Origin: Bradymonadia bacterium
GTDB taxonomy: Bacteria; Myxococcota_A; Bradymonadia; UBA7976; UBA1532
Length of the DNA stretch: 64,000 bases
Assembly (NCBI GenBank): GCA_049318805.1
Contig: JBMOFP010000003.1
Span: 5,702-69,701, forward strand
Direction: 5' to 3'
Of the stretch, positions 1-9,648 are shown in pieces. How positions within the stretch are numbered: position 1 is the first letter of the stretch; the number at the start of each line of letters is the position of its first letter. The notes beneath the pieces were generated by a model. The model saw nothing but the letters and a program-made list of their open reading frames with translations, was not told the DNA's origin and ran no database searches. The position numbers were made by a program, and so were the translations under genes.

Positions 1-300
1 CACGCTCGCCTGCCACTCCTGGTCGCTGTACGCGCGGGGCTTCGGGTTGAGCGCGGCGGCGCCCGGGCCATCGCCCATGCCGTTCTGCCCGTGGCAGGTC
101 GCGCAGAGGGTGTTGAACTTCGCCTCGGCCTCGGCCACGGGGGTGAGGGCCGCGGCCTGGGTGGCGGGCGCGGGGGCGGCGGTCGCAGGCGCGGGGGCCG
201 CCGTCGTCGGCGAAGCGGGCTTGGCCGCTTCCTCTGCCTTGGAGCACGAAACCGCGGAGACGCTCAGCGCGAGCGCGAAGACGACGAGACAAGAACGCAT
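1..300 (-). CDS. c-type cytochrome (class I) lipoprotein, 5' part only; start at 300, gene runs off the window
   Basis: Reverse-complement translation from ATG at 300 gives MRSCLVVFALALSVSAVSCS..., a lipoprotein signal peptide. It continues to a CATCHG haem-binding motif (CxxCH). The gene is truncated at the window edge and is absent from the ORF track. Confidence 0.75.
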   Translation of the reverse strand, partial: MRSCLVVFALALSVSAVSCSKAEEAAKPASPTTAAPAPATAAPAPATQAAALTPVAEAEAKFNTLCATCHGQNGMGDGPGAAALNPKPRAYSDQEWQASV

Positions 301-373
301 GGTGCATGTCCTTGGGCGCGGCTGCGCCCGGCCGGGAGAAAACGCCCGCATTGTGAGCCGCTCACCCGTGCTG

Positions 374-880
374 TCAACAGCGGAGGAGGCCCGAGCCGAC
401 GAGGAGCACGAGGCTGAAGCCCGCGAGCGCGACGCCTCGCCAAATCGGCGGCCCGCCCCGGTCACCGTGGCGGCGCCCGCGGTACTTCTCGGGGGCCTCC
501 TCACCGAGCACGTCCAGCTCCCAGCGGACCGGGCCGCGCCAATCGCCCTCGGGCGGCGTGAAGGGCTCGCGGGGCATCAAGCGCCCGCGCTCGGCTTTGA
601 GGACAAGCGCGCAGGTGCGGTCGGCGCGCTCGAGGAGCCACCGCTCCGGATCCGGCAAACGCTCGTGCGGCGCCAAGGCTTTGAAGGCCTCGACGAAGGT
701 CTCGTGCCGCGCGTCCCACACCAGGCCGACGTCGGCCTGGCTCCCGCCCAGCCGAAGCCGACAACGCTGGAGCACCGCGTCCCCGTAGGTTTCCATGAGG
801 CGCTCGACGACCGCGCGGTCGTCGCCCTCGGCGAGCAGCGCGTCCAGTGTGGGTGGGTCCGTGAGGCTCATCGGCGCCAT
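374..880 (-). CDS. hypothetical protein with C-terminal TM anchor (possible anti-sigma-like)
   Basis: ORF with a balanced, charged, protein-like composition (DALLAEGDDRAVVERLMETYG...) and a C-terminal hydrophobic helix GVALAGFSLVLLVGSGLL. It is divergent from the 927 gene. Confidence 0.45.
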   Translation of the reverse strand: MAPMSLTDPPTLDALLAEGDDRAVVERLMETYGDAVLQRCRLRLGGSQADVGLVWDARHETFVEAFKALAPHERLPDPERWLLERADRTCALVLKAERGRLMPREPFTPPEGDWRGPVRWELDVLGEEAPEKYRGRRHGDRGGPPIWRGVALAGFSLVLLVGSGLLRC

Positions 881-926
881 GGTTTCTTCGGCGCGGGGGG
901 CCCTGTCAACCTGCTACGTTCCGCCC

Positions 927-1502
927 ATGTCTGCGCCCTCGCTCGTGGTCGACGGTCTCCAGGTTCACCCTTCGATCCTCGGGCGCACCCGAGGCGCCCG
1001 GTGCCGCATCGAGCAGTGCCGCGGCCTCTGTTGCCGCAACGGCGTCTGGCTGGACGCGGGCCTGCGAGAGCGGATTCTCGCCCGCAGGGACGAGGTCGCG
1101 GCGCTGCTCCCCGCAGACCGCGCCGATCCGGAGTCCTGGTTCGAGGCCGATGTGCTCGAGCACGTGGACTTCCCTTCGGGTCGGGGTGTTTCGACAGCGG
1201 TCGTCGTCGACCCCGAGGACGACGCCGAGGACAACTGCGTTTTCCTGCGGCCCGAGGACCGGAAGTGCGCGCTCCAGTGTGTCGATCCCGGCCTCAAGCC
1301 CTTCGACTGCGCGACCTACCCGGTGCTCCGCTCCGAGGGCGAGCTCACGCTCGATCTCGAGAGCCCGAAGGAGAGCGGACACGATTGCCAGCGCGAGACC
1401 GACACACCCGCGCTGGTGCTCGACGTCTTCGCCGACGAGCTGCGGCTCGTGCTCGGCGAGGATGGGTACCAGAGGCTCCGCGCCGCCGCCGGCCTGGCCT
1501 GA
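927..1502 (+). CDS. Cys-cluster protein (YkgJ/DUF3109-like, CxxxCxxxCC), hypothetical
   Basis: Internal ATG (MSAPSLVV...) in the 795-1502 ORF. It has a Cys cluster CRIEQCRGLCCRNG plus later Cys residues, and a protein-like composition. Start is uncertain; 879 is an alternative. Confidence 0.5.
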   Translation: MSAPSLVVDGLQVHPSILGRTRGARCRIEQCRGLCCRNGVWLDAGLRERILARRDEVAALLPADRADPESWFEADVLEHVDFPSGRGVSTAVVVDPEDDAEDNCVFLRPEDRKCALQCVDPGLKPFDCATYPVLRSEGELTLDLESPKESGHDCQRETDTPALVLDVFADELRLVLGEDGYQRLRAAAGLA

Positions 1503-1515
1503 CGGGCGCCGGGCG

Positions 1516-2031
1516 TCAGTCCTCGTCGGACTTCGTGTCCTGACCGATGGCGTCGGGCTTGTGTGCGTCCGCGGCGCCGTGGATGTAGACGAGTCGGCCG
1601 CCGAGGTGGCCGAGCCGCATGCCGAGGACGAGCACGACCCCCGCGAGGGCCGTCGCGATGAGGTAGCCGAGAGGCACGAGGCCGTTGCTCTCGAAGAAGA
1701 GCAGCACGAGCGAGAAGACGAAGCTGCCCGCCGCGACCAACATGAAGACCTCGGCGGCCTCTTCATGGGCCTCGATGGGCGCGTCGTCGACGATGCCGCC
1801 GACGAGGTCGCCTTCTTTCTCGCCGGTGTTGTAGGCGGCGGCGCCCCCCACGAGCATCACGCCCTGGAGGACGACGACGAGGAGCCACGCGCGCCGCGCG
1901 AACCACCCGCGCCAGGTGCCCACGAGCACGAGCAGCGCGACGAGCGGCACCGCCATCGCCAGGCCCAGCGGGACGTGCACGAGCGCCGGGTGAAGGGGCA
2001 CGCCGTCGCGAAAGAAGTCGAGGAACTGCAT
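1516..2031 (-). CDS. integral membrane protein (DUF2231-like), 4 TM helices
   Basis: A 171 aa ORF with four clear hydrophobic helices (LVHVPLGLAMAVPLVALLVLV..., VVLQGVMLVGGAAAY...). Confidence 0.6.
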   Translation of the reverse strand: MQFLDFFRDGVPLHPALVHVPLGLAMAVPLVALLVLVGTWRGWFARRAWLLVVVLQGVMLVGGAAAYNTGEKEGDLVGGIVDDAPIEAHEEAAEVFMLVAAGSFVFSLVLLFFESNGLVPLGYLIATALAGVVLVLGMRLGHLGGRLVYIHGAADAHKPDAIGQDTKSDED

Positions 2032-2163
2032 GGGGTCTCCGAAGGGTCCGAGTGCGGCGGCAGCCTAACACGCGTGACCCGTCGGTCGAAGGCTCGACCG
2101 CCTTCGCGGCGGGCGTCCGACCTGCTAGTGTGCCGCCATGTTCCGGCCTCGAGGCGAAACACG

Positions 2164-3828
2164 ATGAGCGCGCCCAACGTCTCGCCCCGCATGGTCTGCC
2201 GACAATGCGGGCACATGAACCCCGCGACCCGCCTCGGGACGCGGTGTCCGAACGACGGCAGCGTGCTCGTGCTCGAGGCGGACCTCAATCGCAAGCCCGA
2301 CGACGCGCTCATGGGCACGGTGGTCGGCGGCAAGTTCCCCGTGGTCGGCATGCTCGGCGAAGGGGGCTTCGGCGCGGTGTACCGCGCGGTCCAGGACCCC
2401 GTGGGTCGCCAGGTCGCGCTCAAGGTGATGCGGGCCGGCGAGGCCGCCGATCCCGAGACGCGGGCCCGATTTTTCCGCGAGGCGCGGGTCGTCGCGAGCC
2501 TGAGCCACCCGGCCATCGTGATGCTCCACGACTACGGGGAGCAGGCCGACGGCCTCATCTACATCGCCTTCGAGCTCGTGGCCGGTCGGCCCCTGAGCGG
2601 GGTGATCCGCGACGATGCCCCCATGGCCCCGAGCCGCGCGGTGCACCTGCTCGTGCAGGTGCTGGGCGCATTGTCCGAGGCCCACTCCGCGGGTCTGCTC
2701 CACCGCGACATGAAGCCCGACAACCTCATGGTGGTGCAGGGCACGCTCGGCGAAGAGAAGCTGCGCCTGCTCGACTTCGGCCTTTCGAAGCGCTTCAACG
2801 CCGAGGCCGGGACCGACTCGCTGGCGACCCGCCAGGGCATCATCATGGGCACGCCGCGCTACATGTCGCCGGAGCAGGCGAGCGGCCGCTCCATCGACGG
2901 GCGAAGCGACCTGTACGCCTGCGGGGTGCTGCTGTACGAGATGCTCTCGGGCCGTCCCCCGTTTACGCAGACGAGCCCGCTCGACCTCCTGATGGCGCAC
3001 ATCGGCGAGGCCGTGCCGCCGCTCCCGGCGTCGCTGGGTCTGTCCCCGGCGCTGGTATCGGTGGTGACGAAGGCCCTCGCGAAGTCGCCGGACGCCCGGT
3101 GGCAGACCGCGGCGGAGCTTGCGAACGCGCTGCAGGCGGCCGTCCATGGCGACGCCGTCGCCCCTGCGCCGAGCCAGCGCCCGATCACGAGCAGCGAGGA
3201 CACGTTCCCGGCCCCGAACATCGCGTCGTTGCCCACGCTCGAGAGCGCCCCCGTGGCGGTCCTCGCGGCGCAGGCGGGCGTTCCCCTGCCGCGCGAGCCG
3301 TCGGTGGTCGCCCCAGCGGCGCCGAGCCCGACCTTCGGCGAGCCGTCCACGCCGGTGAGCGCACCGTCCCTCGGGACCCTTCGTCCCCCCCAGGAGGCCC
3401 CTTCGATGAACGCCCGGCGCGGCCCGCCCATCGCCCTGATCGCCGTCGGGGCCGTCCTCCTTTTGGGCGGCCTGGGCTGGTTGCTCCTCGGTGGAAGCGG
3501 GCCGGAGACGCCCGCGCCCAGCACTCCGGACCTTTCGCCGGTGCGCCAGGTCGTGTCGATCGGCGGCGCTTCCGTGGCGCCGCCCTCGGCGGTGGAAGCG
3601 GCGCCCGGAACGCGCCCGATCCAGCCGTGGGAGCGCGCGCTCGCCTTCGCCGAGAAGGGGCAGATCGACCAGGCCGCGGCCCAGCTCCACTACCTGATGC
3701 GGGGCTCGAAGAACCCGCGCGAGGTCTACGAGCGCGCGAAGGCCGACGCCCGCCTCGCGGCGGTGGTGCAGCACCCGATCGTGCAGAGCGCATTGCCCCC
3801 CAGCGGGGCGCCGACCTCGGCGCCGTAA
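2164..3828 (+). CDS. eukaryotic-like Ser/Thr protein kinase
   Basis: ATG at 2164 lies in frame inside the over-extended 1150-3828 ORF. Kinase motifs: GxGxxG (GEGGFGAVY), VALK, HRDMKPDN, DFG, GTPRYMSPE. A Pro/Ala-rich linker, one TM helix (IALIAVGAVLLLGGLGWLLL) and a C-terminal TPR-like segment follow. Confidence 0.85.
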   Translation: MSAPNVSPRMVCRQCGHMNPATRLGTRCPNDGSVLVLEADLNRKPDDALMGTVVGGKFPVVGMLGEGGFGAVYRAVQDPVGRQVALKVMRAGEAADPETRARFFREARVVASLSHPAIVMLHDYGEQADGLIYIAFELVAGRPLSGVIRDDAPMAPSRAVHLLVQVLGALSEAHSAGLLHRDMKPDNLMVVQGTLGEEKLRLLDFGLSKRFNAEAGTDSLATRQGIIMGTPRYMSPEQASGRSIDGRSDLYACGVLLYEMLSGRPPFTQTSPLDLLMAHIGEAVPPLPASLGLSPALVSVVTKALAKSPDARWQTAAELANALQAAVHGDAVAPAPSQRPITSSEDTFPAPNIASLPTLESAPVAVLAAQAGVPLPREPSVVAPAAPSPTFGEPSTPVSAPSLGTLRPPQEAPSMNARRGPPIALIAVGAVLLLGGLGWLLLGGSGPETPAPSTPDLSPVRQVVSIGGASVAPPSAVEAAPGTRPIQPWERALAFAEKGQIDQAAAQLHYLMRGSKNPREVYERAKADARLAAVVQHPIVQSALPPSGAPTSAP

Positions 3829-3841
3829 GCGCCGCGCGATC

Positions 3842-4384
3842 CTACGGGGACGCGGGCCTGGGGAAACGCAGCGCCTCAATCGCCGGGATCGGACCCTGGC
3901 ACGTGTCTTGGTGGCACGCGACGCACGTGTCGAGGACCCGGTCGTGGGCGGCGCGGGCTTCGTCGCCCGAGGCCGCGTCGAGGGACGAGACCGCCGCGAG
4001 GTAAGCCTGCGAGAACGCGTCGTAGGTCGGGTTCCGGTCGTTCGGATCCGTCGGCCAAGCGCAGCGCAGCCGCGCGTGGGCCGCCCGCAGGGGACGCGCG
4101 GTGCCGCCCGCGCCCAGGGTGTCCCGCGCCTCGGCCAGGTCCTTCTGCATGACCCGCATCAGCGCCGCGAGCTCGCTGGCGCCGTTCGGGTTGATGTCCG
4201 AGGGCAGCAGGTTTCCGGGGCTGCCGGGCACACCCGGCACGAGCGGCGTCTCCAGCGTGCACTCCGCGACGGCGCTGGCCGGGGCGCTGGTCGGGGTCGC
4301 GGCCTCGGGCGCGGTCGGGGACGTCGGCTTCGCGCTGCCGCACCCGAGGACGAGGGTCGTCAGCGCCAGCGCGCGGGCGCTCAC
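3842..4384 (-). CDS. lipoprotein, hypothetical
   Basis: Signal peptide plus lipobox (LTTLVLGCGS) and a Cys-containing C-terminal region (CVACHQDTC). Its start overlaps the tex stop by 4 nt. Confidence 0.55.
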   Translation of the reverse strand: MSARALALTTLVLGCGSAKPTSPTAPEAATPTSAPASAVAECTLETPLVPGVPGSPGNLLPSDINPNGASELAALMRVMQKDLAEARDTLGAGGTARPLRAAHARLRCAWPTDPNDRNPTYDAFSQAYLAAVSSLDAASGDEARAAHDRVLDTCVACHQDTCQGPIPAIEALRFPRPASP

Positions 4385-6717
4385 GTCTTGCCCCGCAGCA
4401 GGTCGGCGAAGGGGTTGTGGCGGAAACCATCGCCCCCCTTGGGCGGTGGGCCCTTGGGTGAGCCGCCGCCCCCCGGGCCGGGACGCCCTCCCGGGCCGTC
4501 GCGACGCGGACCGCGGCCCTCGTTCGGCCGCGCCCCCGGACCACTCTCCGCGGCCACGGTCTTCGAGGTCTCGCTCATGCGGGCCGTCAGCGAGATGCGC
4601 TTTCTCGGCAGGTCGATGGAGAGCACCCGCACCTTGAGTCTGTCGCCGGCCCGCACGACCTGTGCCGGGTCCGAGACGAACTTGTCCGAGAGCTGCGACA
4701 CGTGCACCAGGCCATCCTGGTGCACGCCGAGGTCGACGAAGGCGCCGAAGGCCGTCACGTTCGTCACCACACCCTCGAGCACCATGTCGGGCTTCAGGTC
4801 CTCGAGCGTGTGCACGTCGTCGCGGAAGCGGGGCGGCTCGAAGGTGTCGCGCGGGTCACGGCCCGGCTTCTTCAGCTCGGCGGCGATGTCGCGCAGCGTG
4901 GGCTCGCCGACCTCGGGCGAGATGTAGCGGCCCAGGGGAATCCGGTCGACCTGCGCGGCGTTGCCCACGAGCTGCACCAGACCGACGCCGAGGTCGACGG
5001 CCATGCGCTCCACCAAAGCGTAGCGCTCCGGGTGCACCGCCGAGGCGTCCAGCGGGTGGGCCCCGGTGCGAATGCGCAGAAAGCCCGCGCACTGCTCGAA
5101 GGTCTTCGGCCCGAGGCCCGAGACCTGGAGCAGCGCGGCGCGGCTCTCGAAGGGGCCGTGACTCTCGCGATGGCGCACGATCTTCTTCGCCGTCGACGGA
5201 CCGATGCCCGCGACCTGGGCGAGCAGCGGGGCGCTGGCGGTGTTGAGGTCCACGCCCACGTGGTTCACGCAGCTCTCGACGACCTCCTCGAGCTTCTTCT
5301 GCAACAGCGGCCCGTGCACGTCGTGCTGGTACTGGCCGACGCCGATCGCCTTCGGGTCGATCTTCACCAGCTCCGCCAGCGGGTCCTGCAGGCGCCGTGC
5401 GATGGAGATCGCGCCCCGGATCGTGAGGTCGAGGTCCGGGAACTCCTCGCGGGCCACGTCGGACGCGCTGTAGACGCTGGCGCCGGACTCGTTGACCAGC
5501 ACGACGATCGTGTCCGACAGCCCGGCCTCCTTGAGGGTGGCGCGCACGAAGGCCTCGGTCTCGCGGCCTGCGGTCCCGTTGCCGACGGCGATGGCGTAGG
5601 GCGGGTGCTTGCGCACGAAGGCGGCGAAGTCTTGCGCGGCGCGGGCGGCCTGCCCCGTGGGGTAGACCGTGATGGTCTCGAGGAACCGCCCGGTCAGGTC
5701 GACCGCGGCGCACTTGCACCCGGTGCGGATGCCCGGATCGACGCCGAGGACGGCGCGGGCGCCCAGGGGGGCGGTGAGGAGAAGGGCCCGCAGGTTCGTG
5801 GCGAAGACCTGGACCGCCTCGAGGTCGGAGCGTTGCTTGAGCTCCACCCGCACGTCGGTCTCCACGCTCGGCGCGAGCAGGCGCTTGAAGGCGTCCGCCA
5901 CAGCGCGGGCGAGCTCCGGCGCGAACGGGCTCCGGGCATCGAGCCCGAAGCGGCCCTCGATGAACGGCAGAACACGCTCGGCCTCTACGGCCACCTCGAC
6001 CTGCAGGAAGCCCTCGCGCTCACCCCGGCGAATCGCGAGGAAGCGGTGCGACGGGATCGTCGCGACGGGCTCGCGGTGCTCGTAGTAGGCCTCGAACTTC
6101 GTCGGCGCTTGCGTCTTCTCGGGCACACGCTCGGAGACGACGACGCCGTGCCGCGAGAAGGTCTCGCGCACGAAGGTGCGGACGTCCGCGTCCTCGCTCA
6201 CCCGCTCGGCCACGATGTCTCGGGCGCCGGCGAGGGCCGCTTCGGCGTCGAGCACCTCGCCCTCGGGGCGCACGTACGCGGCGGCCTCGGCGCGGGGGTC
6301 ACCGATGCGCGGCTGCTCCAGGATACGCAAGGCCAGGGGCTCGAGCCCGCGCTCGCGCGCGATGGTGGCCTTCGTGCGGCGCTTCGGCTTGAAGGGCAGG
6401 TACAGGTCCTCGAGCTGGGCCTTGGTCGTGCACGCCGAGATGCGGGCGGTCAGCTCGGCCGTGAGCTTGCCCTGCTCGGCGATGCTCGCGAGCACGGCCA
6501 CGCGCCGCTCCTCGAGCTCACGCAAGTAGAGTCCGCGCTCCTCGATGGCCCGGATCTGCACCTCGTCGAGGCCGCCGGTGGCCTCTTTGCGGTAGCGGGC
6601 GATGAAGGGCACGGTGCTGCCCTCGGCGAGCAGCTTCGTGACGGCCGCGACCCCATGGGGCGGGAGTTGCAGCTCGGCGGCGAGAAAGGGGACGACGTCG
6701 AAGGGCGCGGTGCTCAT
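4381..6717 (-). CDS. tex: transcription accessory protein Tex (YqgF/RuvC-like, HhH and S1 domains)
   Basis: N-terminus MSTAPFDVVPFLAAELQLPP..., the Tex YqgF motif GVDPGIRTGCKCAAVD, HhH segments, and a C-terminal S1 domain (GVVTNVTAFGAFVDLG...). A Gly/Pro-rich basic tail follows. Confidence 0.9.
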   Translation of the reverse strand: MSTAPFDVVPFLAAELQLPPHGVAAVTKLLAEGSTVPFIARYRKEATGGLDEVQIRAIEERGLYLRELEERRVAVLASIAEQGKLTAELTARISACTTKAQLEDLYLPFKPKRRTKATIARERGLEPLALRILEQPRIGDPRAEAAAYVRPEGEVLDAEAALAGARDIVAERVSEDADVRTFVRETFSRHGVVVSERVPEKTQAPTKFEAYYEHREPVATIPSHRFLAIRRGEREGFLQVEVAVEAERVLPFIEGRFGLDARSPFAPELARAVADAFKRLLAPSVETDVRVELKQRSDLEAVQVFATNLRALLLTAPLGARAVLGVDPGIRTGCKCAAVDLTGRFLETITVYPTGQAARAAQDFAAFVRKHPPYAIAVGNGTAGRETEAFVRATLKEAGLSDTIVVLVNESGASVYSASDVAREEFPDLDLTIRGAISIARRLQDPLAELVKIDPKAIGVGQYQHDVHGPLLQKKLEEVVESCVNHVGVDLNTASAPLLAQVAGIGPSTAKKIVRHRESHGPFESRAALLQVSGLGPKTFEQCAGFLRIRTGAHPLDASAVHPERYALVERMAVDLGVGLVQLVGNAAQVDRIPLGRYISPEVGEPTLRDIAAELKKPGRDPRDTFEPPRFRDDVHTLEDLKPDMVLEGVVTNVTAFGAFVDLGVHQDGLVHVSQLSDKFVSDPAQVVRAGDRLKVRVLSIDLPRKRISLTARMSETSKTVAAESGPGARPNEGRGPRRDGPGGRPGPGGGGSPKGPPPKGGDGFRHNPFADLLRGKT

Positions 6718-6761
6718 GGGCCGCCCGCTATACCCGACGTGGGGCCCGAAATCACCCGCGT

Positions 6762-7292
6762 TCAGGGGGTGGCGAGCGCCTTCTCGACGGCGGCCGCGAG
6801 CTCCGGGGCGTCCGGGCGAACGCTGGACGGGAACCGGGCCACGACCTGGCCTTTGCGATCGACGACGAACTTCTCGAAGTTCCAGCCGATGTCCTTGCCC
6901 CCGCCCGCGGGGCTCCCGATGAGCGCTGCGTAGAGCGGGGTGCGCTTGGCGCCGTTCACGTCCTGCTTCTCGAGGAGCGGGAAGTCCACGTTGTACTTGG
7001 TGGAGCAGAAGGTCTGGATCTCCTGGGCGGTGCCTGGCTCCTGACCACCGAACTGGTTGCTCGGCACTCCGACCACCACGAGGCCCTTCGCCTTGTGCTG
7101 GGCGGAGAGCGCTTGGAGCCCGGCGTACTGCGAGGTGTAGCCGCAGCGGCTCGCCACGTTGACGAAGAGCACGGCCTTGCCCTGGAGCTGGGCGGCGGGG
7201 AACGGGGTGCCGTCCAACGCCTTGAGCTCCAATCGACCGAAGTCGACCAGGGCGAGGGCGGACGCGAGCAGGGCGGAGAGCACGAGGGTCAT
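6762..7292 (-). CDS. glutathione peroxidase
   Basis: A 176 aa C-terminal segment of the 6762-8813 ORF. GPx motifs: VASRCGYT (peroxidatic Cys), FPSNQFGGQEPG, WNFEKF. The ATG at 7292 forms an ATGA overlap with the upstream stop. Confidence 0.9.
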   Translation of the reverse strand: MTLVLSALLASALALVDFGRLELKALDGTPFPAAQLQGKAVLFVNVASRCGYTSQYAGLQALSAQHKAKGLVVVGVPSNQFGGQEPGTAQEIQTFCSTKYNVDFPLLEKQDVNGAKRTPLYAALIGSPAGGGKDIGWNFEKFVVDRKGQVVARFPSSVRPDAPELAAAVEKALATP

Positions 7293-9595
7293 GGGGAGGG
7301 CCTTTCGCAGGTGGAGAGAGAACGAATCCAGTCTTCGATGAGCTGGACGCTCGCGGTGTCGATCCGGTTGCTCGCCACGGGCGGCATCTGAGCCCGTCCG
7401 CGGCGATTCATCCGGGCGAGCAGCACGCTGCGCTCGGGATCGCCGGGGGCGATCAGGCGCGCGTCGGCGAGGCCCAGCTCGCCCTGGCCCGGGACTTCGT
7501 CGCATGCGCGGGTCGCCCCGAGGGGCGTGTCGAAGCGCAGGTCCAACGTGGAGTTCGCGCCGCCGTCGGGTCGGTGACAGAACGCGCAGTTTGTGTCGAG
7601 GGCCGCGCGCGCACGCAACTCCAGGTCGACCGTGGGGTCGGAGGGGGAGGGCATGCGCGGCAGGGTGTCGGCGGCGGCCGGCAACGTGAGCCATCCCGCC
7701 GTGGACAGCGCCTCGAGCTGCGAAACACCGAGCGGGGCGCCGGACGGATCGAAGGCCCGGTTCAGTTGCGGGAGCGTCAGGCCCAGCGCGCCGCCCGCCG
7801 CGGCCGTATGGCACTCGTCGCACGCGGTACGGCTCGGGTACGCCCAGTCCAGGGGGCCCGTGGCGGTCTCGTAGCGTTGGGTCACCGGGCCCGGAAGCAG
7901 GTCCGCGTCGGACAGGTCCGGGCGCCAGCGGTACGAGAAGCCCTGCCACCCGATGGCGCGGCGCACCATCAGGCGCGTCTCGATGGGCACGCGTCGCCCG
8001 TCGGCCGCGTCGATCCAGAACGTCTTCACCGTCACGGTGCCCGCCGGCAGGTCGAGGTCGCCGTCGGGCAACACGGTCGGCACCGCGTCCACGGGGAGCG
8101 CGAACGCGCGGGTCTTCTCGGCGCCATCGCTCCAGAACGGGGCGTTCAGGCTGTAGCGCACCACGGTCGCCGCGAGGGTGTGGCTCGGCACGTCGGCGAA
8201 GCACCCCGTCGCCGACAGCGTGCGGGGGAACGACGGCGAGTCGGGCGCTTCCGCCACCCGCGCGAGCCGCGAGAGGCTGCGGCCGTTCGTGAACGTCACG
8301 ATGAAAAGCTCGCCGTCGGGGTCCTCGCCGAAGCTCGTGATGCGCGCGCCGGTCTCGGCCAGCAGGGTATTCGTCGTGCGGCCGTCGGCTTCGAGCCGCA
8401 GCGCCCACACCCGGCCGCTCTGGTAGTCCCCGTAGACATAGGCGCCCCACAGCTCCGGGAAGCGCTCGCCGCGATACACGTAGCCGCCGGTGATCGACTT
8501 GCCGTCGCTGCGCGGGTACGCGAATACGGGCGGCACGAAGTCCTCGAGCGCGCAGTCGTCCCGGTCGAAGCAGTCCGGGCCCTCCACGCGGCGCCAGCCG
8601 TGGTTCCCGGCCCGCTCGACGACCGTGACCTCCTCCCACGCATCCTGTCCCACGTCTCCGGCCCAGAGCCGCCCCGAGTCCCGGTCGAAGCTCATGCGCC
8701 ACGGGTTTCGAAGGCCGGTCGCGAAGATCTCGGGGCGCCCCTCGGCCCCGGGCGCGTCCGGGCAGGCCCCCGCAAAGGGATTGTCGTCGGGCCAGGCGTA
8801 GGGTGTGAGGCACTCCGGGTCGTCCCGGTCGATGTCCAGGCGCAGCACTTTGCCGAGCAGGATGTTCGGGTTCTGCGCGTTGTCCTGCGGGTCCCCGCCG
8901 CTCCCGCCGTCGCCCACGCCCAGATACAAGAAACCGTCGGGTCCGAAGAGGAGCGCGCCGCCTTTGTGGTTGCCGTAGCGGTGTCGGATGCGCAGCAGCA
9001 CACGCTCCGAGGCCGGATCCGCAACCGTCGGTCGTGCGGCGTCTCGACGCAGCTCCGAGAGCACGGTCTCGTGGCCGCCGTCCTCCCGCAGGGCGGAGTA
9101 GTAGACGTAGAGTCGGCCGTTCTCCGCGTAGCCCGGGTGGAAGGCCAGCCCGAGCAGCCCCTCCTCGTTGTTGTCGCGTGAGACCGCGAGCTCGAGGAAA
9201 CGCTCCGCGCCCGCGACGTCGTCACGGCCCTCGAAGGCGTAGACGCGCCCGCCCTGCTCGACTACGTACCTGCGCCCGGGCTCGCCGGGCGCGAACGTGT
9301 AGAAAATCGGCCGCTCGAAGTCGAGGGCGGGATACGCCTCGACCACCTGCATGGGCGACACGGGCGGGAGCTCGGGCAAGACACAGGTCTGAGCGCCCGT
9401 GCGGGGCGGCGGCCAGTTCGCCGTCGACGGCGGCAGCGAGGGGGGCGATGCGTCCGGCTTGGGGCCGTAGGGTCCGGGGCCCGTGGCGTCGGCGTCGTCG
9501 CAGACGCCGCGACAGACGTCGTCATCGCGGTTCGTCGTGCCGCAGGCGGAGGTGAGGGCGAGCGCCAAGCAGATTCGGGACCAACTTCTACGCAT
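7289..9595 (-). CDS. PQQ-dependent sugar dehydrogenase (SGDH-like beta-propeller) fused to a C-terminal dihaem c-type cytochrome; lipoprotein
   Basis: Start MRRSWSRICLALALTSACG (lipobox). SGDH motifs (GLLGLAFHP, LYVYYS, FGPDGFLYLGVGDGG, GLRNPWRMSFD). The C-terminus carries two CxxCH motifs (CDECH, CAFCH). Confidence 0.8.
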   Translation of the reverse strand: MRRSWSRICLALALTSACGTTNRDDDVCRGVCDDADATGPGPYGPKPDASPPSLPPSTANWPPPRTGAQTCVLPELPPVSPMQVVEAYPALDFERPIFYTFAPGEPGRRYVVEQGGRVYAFEGRDDVAGAERFLELAVSRDNNEEGLLGLAFHPGYAENGRLYVYYSALREDGGHETVLSELRRDAARPTVADPASERVLLRIRHRYGNHKGGALLFGPDGFLYLGVGDGGSGGDPQDNAQNPNILLGKVLRLDIDRDDPECLTPYAWPDDNPFAGACPDAPGAEGRPEIFATGLRNPWRMSFDRDSGRLWAGDVGQDAWEEVTVVERAGNHGWRRVEGPDCFDRDDCALEDFVPPVFAYPRSDGKSITGGYVYRGERFPELWGAYVYGDYQSGRVWALRLEADGRTTNTLLAETGARITSFGEDPDGELFIVTFTNGRSLSRLARVAEAPDSPSFPRTLSATGCFADVPSHTLAATVVRYSLNAPFWSDGAEKTRAFALPVDAVPTVLPDGDLDLPAGTVTVKTFWIDAADGRRVPIETRLMVRRAIGWQGFSYRWRPDLSDADLLPGPVTQRYETATGPLDWAYPSRTACDECHTAAAGGALGLTLPQLNRAFDPSGAPLGVSQLEALSTAGWLTLPAAADTLPRMPSPSDPTVDLELRARAALDTNCAFCHRPDGGANSTLDLRFDTPLGATRACDEVPGQGELGLADARLIAPGDPERSVLLARMNRRGRAQMPPVASNRIDTASVQLIEDWIRSLSTCERPSP

Positions 9596-9648
9596 GCCGT
9601 CGAGGATACTCTCGGGCGGGCGCGCGTTTCGTGGGAACCTCACGCGCC

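Noticed and set aside
1150-2163. 5' extension of the kinase ORF (1150-2163) upstream of the ATG at 2164
   Set aside because: The translation is Ser/Arg/Thr-rich junk. It overlaps the convergent 927-1502 and 1516-2031 genes. A true kinase N-terminus begins at MSAPNVSPRMVCRQCGH.
47-4004. Long ORFs in alternative frames and strands (e.g. 47-1543, 91-417, 906-1766, 2052-4004, 2125-3879) with Ala/Arg/Pro/Gly-rich translations
   Set aside because: These are typical high-GC frame artefacts. They show extreme R/A/P/G bias and no start signals, and they overlap well-supported genes (kinase, membrane protein). The same reasoning applies to comparable overlapping ORFs throughout the window (e.g. 4702-6933, 7574-9181, 9640-11457, 15915-18053, 21046-22845, 48616-53346).
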